The notes beneath the pieces are model-generated. The model saw only the letters and a list, made by a program, of their open reading frames with translations, searched no databases and was not told where the DNA came from. A DNA stretch of 32,000 bases, taken from Candidatus Hermodarchaeota archaeon (lineage in GTDB: Archaea > Asgardarchaeota > Heimdallarchaeia > Hodarchaeales > Hodarchaeaceae). The stretch lies in assembly GCA_048886185.1 (NCBI GenBank), contig JBHLKY010000004.1, positions 150,001 through 182,000 on the forward strand. Direction: 5' to 3'. Position 1 is the stretch's first letter; the number at the start of each line of letters is the position of its first letter. The translations under genes were made by a program, and so were the position numbers. This document shows, in pieces, positions 1 to 8,046 of this stretch.

Positions 1-3000
1 TTACCATAATTTGGATCTGAAGATATAAGTTCAACCCGAATAAAATTCAAAATAGGAGATTCTTGGGCTTCCCAGATATCAATTCCATGACCATGTCCAA
101 TTATTAATTCTAAACATCCATCGAAATCACTATCACTTGTTGCTAGAGTATTAACCCGAGTACTCATGGGTGGAAAATCGTAGATGGTATGAATATTACC
201 AAATTCAGATTGGAGAGCTAAAAGAAATCCTGTATTTTTCTCGACAAAGGCCTTCTCTTTCTCCCATTCACAGATGTAATAAACTGAAGCAGATCCTGCG
301 ACATCATTCCAGCCCCCTTGAGCTTCTGGATAGGTACAATAAGGATAAACTCCATACGTTCCACCGTACATCCATACATGATCCTGATTGGCATAGTTAT
401 TGGGATTTGGACAAAGCCAATTTGAATAGGTAAAGGGTTCCCCCGTAACCCATTGCCACTGTCCTTCAACAAGCTCATCAGTCAATCCAATCCAAAATTG
501 ATCCACATCAGCTGCTAGATTCGCTACAAACTCATTTTCTTCTAGATCAGCTATTGTGACTAAATGGCCTCCTAAGCTTTCGCAGAGAGCTTTAGCTTCA
601 CTCCAAGTCTTTGCCTCAGTAAAAAGTTTATACTCATTACCCTTGAAAAAAATCCCACCATGAGTAGAAAAGCTCTGATTAATTCCACCTATCCATAATT
701 CGGTTGCGTGGTCTTGATTTATATCAGCGAAAAGAATTGTTTGAATATCAAGAGTAGGGTGAAATTTGGGATTTCCAGGTTGGTCATAGAAACCTGTACC
801 ACTGATGGATTGAAAACTTTCCAACCAACCAATTTCTGGATCCCAGCGAAGTAAGAATAACTGTCTACCGGCACCAAGTGCAATCATACTTCCACGTCCA
901 TCAAAATCAGGAGTAATCGCTAAAGCTGAAAATTGGGTTGTATCGTAATCTAGCACCATATTTCTATAATCTATCTCAAAAATTAGTTTAAATTCGTCGT
1001 TGAAACCTGTTGCTTCAAAAATATATACTTGAAGGCCTGCTGTGATGATAAATTCTTCATTTCCATTACCATTATAATCAAAACCTGCTGTGAGTAGATT
1101 ACCATGGTCGTAGATTGTCCTTTGAAATGTACCTGATACTCCAGGAAACTCTTGGAATGCATAGGGTGAAAAGTTTGTTATTTCAGTATGATTGAGGTCA
1201 TGAGTCTTAAAGGCACGTTTATATGTATTTTCAATTAAGTGTTCGAAGACATAGACATTATTATCGTAGTCACTAACGATGATTTCAGCATCAGTGTCAC
1301 CGTCCAAACTGTAACTCGTGGTTAATGTTAATGTCCAATCCTCAACCTCTTTAAGGTTGGACCATGATTTAACCATTGCATAGCCAAAATTAATGGCATT
1401 TGGAGGAGATTGTTTTAAATTTACTTCTAATTTTAATAATTCTGGATTTGTCCCAATAATATACGAGTTTTGTTGATCTGTCTCAGCATGAAGTTCTCTT
1501 AAGTAGTTCTGATCCCCATTCCAAACCCAAATGGATTCTGCGGAGTTTTCACTCGAATTTGAAGGGATAATGACTCCAGAAGTGAAATTATTAAATCGTA
1601 AAGATCCATCAGTAGTTGGGTTTTTCATCAAATAGGCATTTCTAACCCACAGAGGATCTGTTGGAGAACCATGATTTTCAAAAAAGTCCATACCATACCG
1701 TAACTCCCCAGAACCTCGTCCATATGAATATGCGATGTCATAATCATCATCATGATCGTAATCCCAAGCATTAGGTGAAAAAATGGGATTAACAGAAGCT
1801 CGCTCATTTAATTCTTGGAAAAATTCGAAATCAGATTTAAACTGTGGACTAGCTGTAGTTCCAATATTCCACAAGAGAGCTAAGCGACCATTCGATAGAA
1901 TTATGTCATCTAGCATGTCATTATCAATGTCTACAATGGTAGCTGAAGGATAGGTGGTGGACTCAGCAAGAAAATTATACAAATGGCCATCAATGTCCGT
2001 TAGAATTTCTGAAAATTCATATTGATCAGTTTCCCAATTCCATTTCCATATCCCAGGTAGAAGTGATGAATCATAAGCAGTTGGTCTTCTAAAAGGTTCT
2101 GGATACCAAGGGAATACAATAACCTCTTCTTTTAGGTTTCCTTGATCGAAATCACCGAAAGCGAGAGTAAGTAGTCTACCTGCGTACTGTGGATAACTTT
2201 CAATAAGATCTGTGGCGGGGTAGGCAGCAGGATTAAGAAATCCTCCATTAAAACTTTCATAGATCAGGATATTATTTGTAGAGTCAATTCGTGTAACCAG
2301 AAGTTCTGATCCCGAAGTATCTGCGACATCAGCAATACTCAAGTGATGTAAATTTGTAAGAGATGTAGAGGTTCCAGCATCAAATTCTTTTGTTTCATCT
2401 TTAATATATCTCCATGAAGGAATTAGGGATTTTTTAGGTGTTCCTTGAATACTCCAAATGGTTTCTCCAAGGTTGAAATAAGCATCTGTATAAGAATCCC
2501 AGTCTTGAGTATAAGCTGATAGCGTTATTCCAAAACTATCTGCTGGAATCTCGGTTAAAATTGCTTCACGGGTTCGATATTTTCTATAATAAGTTATATT
2601 ATTTAATTCACGATGAAAAGCAAGAAGTCGACCATCGGATCCACCGAAAACTAGTTTTTTGGTGGCTTCAGCTTCATTATATGAGAGTGATAATGTGTCA
2701 ATTGTAACAGAGGTTGCAATTGTTAAGGGTCTTGCGACAAACGGAAACACAACCGCGTCGACTCTACGTTCTTTAAATTCACTCGATGTGGTTAGTGTGA
2801 TACGAATATATTGCGCTGACATCATCTTTTTCTTAGCAAATAGTGGATCAACATCAATTGCTAATCCCTTTCCAGCCCCCATTGTCCAGATATCATTGTT
2901 ATCAACTTGGTGCCAATCCATGAGGTTGTTCCCAAAAGATACATTCCATTCATCTGTTCGGATTATGGTTTCAGAATCATCGAAGATAATGTATATATCA

Positions 3001-4859
3001 GGATCAGGATTGCCATTGGATGCTAATTCCTCTCCTACTCCTAGGTTCCAAGTACCCGTAGCGTTCCTGTGACTGTTATTTACACTGAAAACCGTGAATT
3101 TATTTTCCCATGCCTCCCATTCACAAACATACGCCATTCTCATGTTATAAATATCATTCCATTTACCATCAGTACGCATATGTCCATAATCTTCATAACC
3201 ACCATAATTGTTGGGTTCGCCTGTGTTCCAATTAGTATAGTCAATACCCCTGACACAAGATTCGCCTGTTATCCATTGATCCCAATTTCCTTCTTCCAAT
3301 GCATCTGAAAAACCAAGCCAAATGTACCTGGGTCCTGCTAAATTATGAACGAAAGTGTTCTCTCCGGCACTAGTTATGGTCACTAAATGTCCCCCACGAG
3401 CCTCACAATCCGCTTTTGCCTCTTCCCAAGTTTTCGCATCAGTTATTAACAAGTATTCATGTTCATTGTATTGAGTTCCCCCATGATAACTGAGTGGGGC
3501 ACCTGTAACAGCAGAATTACTAAAAATGTCAAGAGAATTTTGCGTGTCAAAATCCCACGGTTCTGGATACTTGTTTCCATAAATATCTTGAGTAAAGACT
3601 TGCCAGTTCATTTCTTTACTCCGAATCATCCAATCAGCAAAATTATCTAGGGGGTAAGCTCCTTGTATTTGCCAATCTTCAAAATCTTGAATCAGCTGCT
3701 CCAAATAGAAATCTCGCTCTTCTGTATAGTGTAATCCCCACGCACCTTGTCCATATGCGAGAATAATTGCATCAGTAGGATGGGTTAAAACTCCATTAGT
3801 GGTTATAACCTCATCCAATTCACCTGTAACAATTTGACCAATGGGATTCCAAATTGGTTGATAGAGGCCACTAATATTCCATATAAGACGATAGTTATTA
3901 TCATTGGGAAACGGAAATTCAATACCTTGAGGAGATAATACCACTCCATCATTTTCAAAGATATAAATTGATCCCGAAAGTGTTCCAACAATTATATCTG
4001 GTAAACCATTCTCATTAAAATCCCCTACACCGAGTGATTGGATTTTTTCATCCATTTCTGTTGAATTCCATCGTTCAGTAAGCTCTATCCAATGTTCAAC
4101 ATCAAACGGATAACCAGAGTGATCAGTATATTCAAACACATGGATCTTTTTATCCCACGAACCCACAACTAAATCTTGTATTCCATCTAGGTCTAGATCA
4201 TAAAATTCAACAGATGTAGCTTGGAAAAAATTACCCGAATTCCATACAAAATCAAAACGATTTTCAAGATTTGCTATTGGATCATAGATGTGTGCTTGTT
4301 CAAAGAGGTAAACACTACCATCCGAACACGCTGCAGCAATCTCTATTAAATTATTGTTATCAGAATCACCAAAGGCTACATCATAGACATCACGAGTTAT
4401 GATTCCTGATCCTGCTTCCCAAACTTTGATGTATTGTCGTTCATCACTATTCCACCGATAAATATGTAGCTCTGTATCAAGGAGATATCCTCCTCCAATT
4501 ACTAGAAATTCTCCGTCGTCGGAAACTTTCGCTACATGAATAGCAGCTCTAGATAACCAAGGTGTCCAAACCTGTTGGTACGTATTGTCATTATCTCGGA
4601 GTTTTCCCAACACATTATATTCAGGGGAGGGAATTACTTCTTCTTGTGGATTAATACCGAGATCTTCATACACCTTTTGAAAGGGATCATTCGTTTTTGG
4701 TGTTACCCTCTCCTTCAATTGAGGGATTTCATATTTCTCACTTTGGCTAAAGCTATTTAGTTCAATCATTTCGTTAATATGCATACTTCCGCATATGAAT
4801 ATTATTGATACTAATAATACAATACTTTTTCTACCTATTTTATCTAGCTGATTGCTCAT
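1..4859 (-). CDS. Giant secreted FG-GAP beta-propeller protein with two inserted C-type lectin domains and a galactose-binding-like jelly roll; paralogue of 8046..17513; 3'-truncated by the window edge (at least 1619 aa)
   Basis: Manual translation of the minus strand from ATG 4859 (MSNQLDKIGRKSIVLLVSIIFICGS..., N-terminal hydrophobic segment) stays open to position 3. It is absent from the ORF track, presumably because no stop lies in the window. It has repeated D-x-[DN]-x-[DN]-G..[DE]-hydrophobic motifs (DLDLDGIQDL, DFNENGLPDI, DIDNDMLDDI, DYDHDDDYDI, DYNGNGNEEF, DSDFDGCLEL). It is colinear with the 3155-aa protein: 25 of 44 residues are identical in the block YQQVWTPWL...YRWN vs YQKVWEPWL...YRWN, and SWDKKIHVFEYTDHSGYPF matches AWDKKVHVYEYTNHSGYPF. 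Confidence 0.9.
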   Translation of the reverse strand, partial: MSNQLDKIGRKSIVLLVSIIFICGSMHINEMIELNSFSQSEKYEIPQLKERVTPKTNDPFQKVYEDLGINPQEEVIPSPEYNVLGKLRDNDNTYQQVWTPWLSRAAIHVAKVSDDGEFLVIGGGYLLDTELHIYRWNSDERQYIKVWEAGSGIITRDVYDVAFGDSDNNNLIEIAAACSDGSVYLFEQAHIYDPIANLENRFDFVWNSGNFFQATSVEFYDLDLDGIQDLVVGSWDKKIHVFEYTDHSGYPFDVEHWIELTERWNSTEMDEKIQSLGVGDFNENGLPDIIVGTLSGSIYIFENDGVVLSPQGIEFPFPNDNNYRLIWNISGLYQPIWNPIGQIVTGELDEVITTNGVLTHPTDAIILAYGQGAWGLHYTEERDFYLEQLIQDFEDWQIQGAYPLDNFADWMIRSKEMNWQVFTQDIYGNKYPEPWDFDTQNSLDIFSNSAVTGAPLSYHGGTQYNEHEYLLITDAKTWEEAKADCEARGGHLVTITSAGENTFVHNLAGPRYIWLGFSDALEEGNWDQWITGESCVRGIDYTNWNTGEPNNYGGYEDYGHMRTDGKWNDIYNMRMAYVCEWEAWENKFTVFSVNNSHRNATGTWNLGVGEELASNGNPDPDIYIIFDDSETIIRTDEWNVSFGNNLMDWHQVDNNDIWTMGAGKGLAIDVDPLFAKKKMMSAQYIRITLTTSSEFKERRVDAVVFPFVARPLTIATSVTIDTLSLSYNEAEATKKLVFGGSDGRLLAFHRELNNITYYRKYRTREAILTEIPADSFGITLSAYTQDWDSYTDAYFNLGETIWSIQGTPKKSLIPSWRYIKDETKEFDAGTSTSLTNLHHLSIADVADTSGSELLVTRIDSTNNILIYESFNGGFLNPAAYPATDLIESYPQYAGRLLTLAFGDFDQGNLKEEVIVFPWYPEPFRRPTAYDSSLLPGIWKWNWETDQYEFSEILTDIDGHLYNFLAESTTYPSATIVDIDNDMLDDIILSNGRLALLWNIGTTASPQFKSDFEFFQELNERASVNPIFSPNAWDYDHDDDYDIAYSYGRGSGELRYGMDFFENHGSPTDPLWVRNAYLMKNPTTDGSLRFNNFTSGVIIPSNSSENSAESIWVWNGDQNYLRELHAETDQQNSYIIGTNPELLKLEVNLKQSPPNAINFGYAMVKSWSNLKEVEDWTLTLTTSYSLDGDTDAEIIVSDYDNNVYVFEHLIENTYKRAFKTHDLNHTEITNFSPYAFQEFPGVSGTFQRTIYDHGNLLTAGFDYNGNGNEEFIITAGLQVYIFEATGFNDEFKLIFEIDYRNMVLDYDTTQFSALAITPDFDGRGSMIALGAGRQLFLLRWDPEIGWLESFQSISGTGFYDQPGNPKFHPTLDIQTILFADINQDHATELWIGGINQSFSTHGGIFFKGNEYKLFTEAKTWSEAKALCESLGGHLVTIADLEENEFVANLAADVDQFWIGLTDELVEGQWQWVTGEPFTYSNWLCPNPNNYANQDHVWMYGGTYGVYPYCTYPEAQGGWNDVAGSASVYYICEWEKEKAFVEKNTGFLLALQSEFGNIHTIYDFPPMSTRVNTLATSDSDFDGCLELIIGHGHGIDIWEAQESPILNFIRVELISSDPNYG
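261..659 (-). other. C-type lectin domain 2 (within CDS 1..4859)
   Basis: Translation GNEYKLFTEAKTWSEAKALCESLGGHLVTIADLEENEFV...FWIGLTD...EGQWQWVTGEPFTYSNW...NPNN...WND...YICEW. Canonical CTLD hallmarks: W-x-x-A-x-x-x-C, GGHLVTI, WIGL, WND (303..311) and terminal CE. Confidence 0.9.
3114..3482 (-). other. C-type lectin domain 1 with EPN and WND motifs (within CDS 1..4859)
   Basis: Translation HEYLLITDAKTWEEAKADCEARGGHLVTITSAGENTFV...YIWLGFSDALEEGNWDQWITGE...YTNWNTGEPNNYGGYEDY...GKWNDI...YVCEW. EPN at 3210..3218 and WND at 3153..3161. Confidence 0.9.
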
Positions 4860-5228
4860 AGTGATTATCAACTCATTTTAATAAATATTAGGAAAAAAGA
4901 GAAAGAATACCGTGATGTAAGTAAGAAAAATTCATTTAGATTCTCTTTACGTATTTTAATCAAAATAAGGGTAGATTATCTCATGAAATTAATTAATCTT
5001 TGGTAAAAGAAAAGGAATTAATCAAAAATTAATATAAATTCTATTTATTCTATTTTTATTTTTAAATCTCATACCCATCAAAGAGAATCATTATTGGCAA
5101 GGAGTTAAATCATTTACTCAATTTAGTATTTTCCTATTAAAGTCATTAGATAATGAAAAGAAATACTGCTTTTAATTCAAATATGAGTAATGAAGTAAAT
5201 AGATATCTTTATTTTATAATAGTCCCGT

Positions 5229-5251
5229 GAAAGAAAAAGTGAGGGGAAGAG
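5229..5251 (-). terminator. Possible archaeal-type pyrimidine/oligo(U) terminator after the PPC-repeat gene
   Basis: The minus strand reads CTCTTCCCCTCACTTTTTCTTTC about 20 nt after the tandem stops TAA TGA (5274..5269), followed by a very AT-rich spacer. Confidence 0.35.
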
Positions 5252-5271
5252 CTGGTCACTAGAATGAATCA

Positions 5272-8046
5272 TTAACTTGGTGGTTTCTTTAATTCACCTG
5301 AACCATCTTCAGGTTTTCTCCCAAATCGATCTCTGAACTTTTCACCTACTTTATCTAGGGCACCAGTCTTCTTTGCTCCATATAACCCAAGTGCAGTTCC
5401 TCCTCCAATGATAATTCCACCTACAACTAGTGGAATTAACACTTGAAAAGGATTAAAGGGTTTACTTAACGTTTTACCTTCTGAAAACGGTGGGACGGTT
5501 TTTAGAGGGATCAATACATCTTCTGGGCCAATCGTAACATTCAAAAAATAACTTGTACTCAGCCCAGTGGTCATAGACACACGGAAGTAGATATCAGTTC
5601 CAGCAAATAGTTTTGTATATGAAGAATTTATCGGAAAAGGACCAGTCTGTTCCGCATAACCCGCATCACGAGTACTAAGATCAATAATGCTACCATTCAT
5701 ACTTAAGAGTTCGAGATCAAGATTCTCTGATCCAAATTGCGATATTTTAACTATTATCGCGAGTCCAGCTGGAACATTAACAACAAAGTAGTCATCATCC
5801 TTGATTCGGATCCGAGGAGTTTCAGTGTGTATAACGGTTTCTCGCGATACTTTATCAACTACAGATAATCGCGTAGCTTCATCAAATACGTCATTATCTT
5901 CATGGGGATCATCTGTTTCCAGAATATCAATAGTCAGGTTATACAAATTTGATGTTTCACCTTCTAAGAGGTTACAAAAAATGAAATATTTTCCACTTTC
6001 ACTGGCATTGTAGGAGAGTGATTCATTAAATACAGTCATACTGTGAGCGACTCTTGGATATACTTGGCCATCATGATCTGCATATAATTCCAGATCTATA
6101 TCATTGGTCTCAACTTGGATATAATCCAAGAAAATGGTGATTATATCATTTTCATGAAGATAGACATAATAATAATCATAAAAATCGTCTCGGAGGATGA
6201 GATTCGGGTAACTACCTTCTGCAATAGGTGCAGCGGTACCAAAATCATTATTTGGTAGTTCAAATTCATCATCAAAGACAACAATATTCACACTTATATT
6301 GTAGTCAACTGCTTCATAACCTAGCGGTCCAATTCCAAGAATGAGAAGAAGATACACATCAGCTTTGATAATGTTATAAACAATCGTTTCAGAACTAGAA
6401 CCTGACAATGTGGAATCATCAAGGATGTTTCCATCTCCATCTGCAAAAAACATATTTAGATCCGCAAGAGATCCGTTAAAATCAATTCTTACTGAAATCC
6501 AATCCCCTGGGAGTAAATAAATACGGAACCAATCCATATTACCCTCCAATGAGATGAGACCACCATCAGGGTTCGTTTCTGTGGGTTTATATTCTTTGGA
6601 TTGAGTTGGTAAAGGATATGCAGATAAGATTCCATCATTTGGTTCAGCCCAGTCGTCTTTTCCTTGGATCACAACAGTTAGATTATAGTAGAGTGGATAT
6701 GGATTATTGGAAGATACTAGGAAATAAAAAGATGAATCGGTTTGCGCTCGGTAAGGTCCGAATCGAAGGCCATCCAGAATTGGTTTGGCATCATCAAGAA
6801 TTGATGATATCGATTGATTTTCATATACTGTAAGATTTAGGTCTAATCTACTGCCACCAGCTAATTTAATGGGTTTCCAGTGAACATCTACTCGTAATCT
6901 TTCAAACTTTTCTACATCGACACGATACCAATCAGGATTATCTTCTGACACTACCATTCCTGGAAGAGTTCCAAAGTTTTTAATCTCTGTTGGGTTCGTG
7001 TTTACATTATTTGGCCCACTTTCAACTTCATATGCGTCTTCAAGCGAAATATCTAGAGTATAATAATTTGTGGCTCCTACTCGATCATAAATTCTCAAAT
7101 AGTACCATCTACTAAACTTAATGCTAGTAATAAAAGTTTCTACGTGTGAAGAAAGATCATTATCTTCCTGAAAGTCACAAATTGTTTTGTTTGGGAAGTA
7201 AAGGTATATATCTGGCCCAGAGTATTGCAATTGGCCAGTTTCTAGGTAGGAACTTACAGTAATATTCAGTTCAGAACCTGCGTACAATAAGATCCAATAA
7301 GTGTCGTTTTCTCTATAAAGTGTGTTCGTATCCGATGAAAGACGAAGCTTCTCGTAATGTCCAGGTACAATTTCATCATCACTCCCACCTGGGTAGTCTG
7401 GAGGTGTGAGATCATCAAAATTATCATTCGGATAAAGTTTTTCCCATTTATCCTCATAAACCAAACTCATGTTGTATGTAGTCGAATATTGAATTGATTC
7501 GTATCCAAGCGGATTAGAACATGTTACATTAAAAATAAATGTGTCTGACGCATTAACTAATAGAGGCCCAATTGCTTCTTCGTAACCAGAGTAATTACTG
7601 TATCCAAGCAGATAAGGATCTGTACCATTCTCCGCCCAAAGATATAAGTCTAAATCAGCATAGAATGGTGGATCTAAATCTATAAAAGGATGAGTTCCAA
7701 ATCCAGTGGCATTCCAGACATTTGTTTGGTTGAACGATATTGAAACCGAGAAGTAAGATCCTGGTGTAACATCAAATGAGTAATAATCGGGATCAGATGA
7801 ACTAACATTCAATAAAGCGGGGTTTGTAATTGATTCACTCCCTAAAGGATAGGCCCATGCCCATATATTATTATTTGGAAATGCATGGTCATCTTCCCAA
7901 ACATTATCATCATTTGTTGGAGGTAAGGCGGTAGCACTTCGAAAGATTTGAGGGGTCATGAGAATTGGGATCATTAAAGCCATGAAACAGAATTGAAATA
8001 TCAGGAATTTGCTTAGAGAATATTTAATGAAACTATTTGTCTTCAT
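5272..8046 (-). CDS. Membrane-anchored surface protein with six PPC-like (pre-peptidase C-terminal) beta-sandwich repeats, 924 aa
   Basis: The true start is probably ATG 8046, not 8082: AGGAGG lies at 8060..8055 with an 8-nt spacer, and the ATG overlaps the upstream TAA (TAATG). Signal peptide ends ...FRSATA|LP. Six repeats of the form D-x-x-E-x-N...D-[YW]-[YF]-x-[VI]...D-L-D-L-x-L-Y...E-x-I...Y-N-x-[ST]-V. C-terminal TM (VLIPLVVGGIIIGGGTALGLYGA) then a basic tail. No protease catalytic domain seen. Confidence 0.85.
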   Translation of the reverse strand: MKTNSFIKYSLSKFLIFQFCFMALMIPILMTPQIFRSATALPPTNDDNVWEDDHAFPNNNIWAWAYPLGSESITNPALLNVSSSDPDYYSFDVTPGSYFSVSISFNQTNVWNATGFGTHPFIDLDPPFYADLDLYLWAENGTDPYLLGYSNYSGYEEAIGPLLVNASDTFIFNVTCSNPLGYESIQYSTTYNMSLVYEDKWEKLYPNDNFDDLTPPDYPGGSDDEIVPGHYEKLRLSSDTNTLYRENDTYWILLYAGSELNITVSSYLETGQLQYSGPDIYLYFPNKTICDFQEDNDLSSHVETFITSIKFSRWYYLRIYDRVGATNYYTLDISLEDAYEVESGPNNVNTNPTEIKNFGTLPGMVVSEDNPDWYRVDVEKFERLRVDVHWKPIKLAGGSRLDLNLTVYENQSISSILDDAKPILDGLRFGPYRAQTDSSFYFLVSSNNPYPLYYNLTVVIQGKDDWAEPNDGILSAYPLPTQSKEYKPTETNPDGGLISLEGNMDWFRIYLLPGDWISVRIDFNGSLADLNMFFADGDGNILDDSTLSGSSSETIVYNIIKADVYLLLILGIGPLGYEAVDYNISVNIVVFDDEFELPNNDFGTAAPIAEGSYPNLILRDDFYDYYYVYLHENDIITIFLDYIQVETNDIDLELYADHDGQVYPRVAHSMTVFNESLSYNASESGKYFIFCNLLEGETSNLYNLTIDILETDDPHEDNDVFDEATRLSVVDKVSRETVIHTETPRIRIKDDDYFVVNVPAGLAIIVKISQFGSENLDLELLSMNGSIIDLSTRDAGYAEQTGPFPINSSYTKLFAGTDIYFRVSMTTGLSTSYFLNVTIGPEDVLIPLKTVPPFSEGKTLSKPFNPFQVLIPLVVGGIIIGGGTALGLYGAKKTGALDKVGEKFRDRFGRKPEDGSGELKKPPS

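Noticed and set aside
261-3482. Diversity-generating retroelement acting on the two C-type lectin domains
   Set aside because: The two copies differ at all base types with many synonymous changes, not adenine-specifically. No near-identical template repeat or reverse transcriptase is in the window.
4956-5027. Direct repeat TTAATCAAAA at 4956..4965 and 5018..5027 as a regulator site
   Set aside because: The spacer is extremely AT-rich, so a 10-nt match is weak evidence. It resembles the TTAATCA half-site at 24691, but I cannot distinguish this from chance.
5272-8046. Secreted protease, suggested by the PPC domains
   Set aside because: The sequence is fully accounted for by signal, six repeats, TM and tail. 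No subtilase or HExxH catalytic domain is visible.
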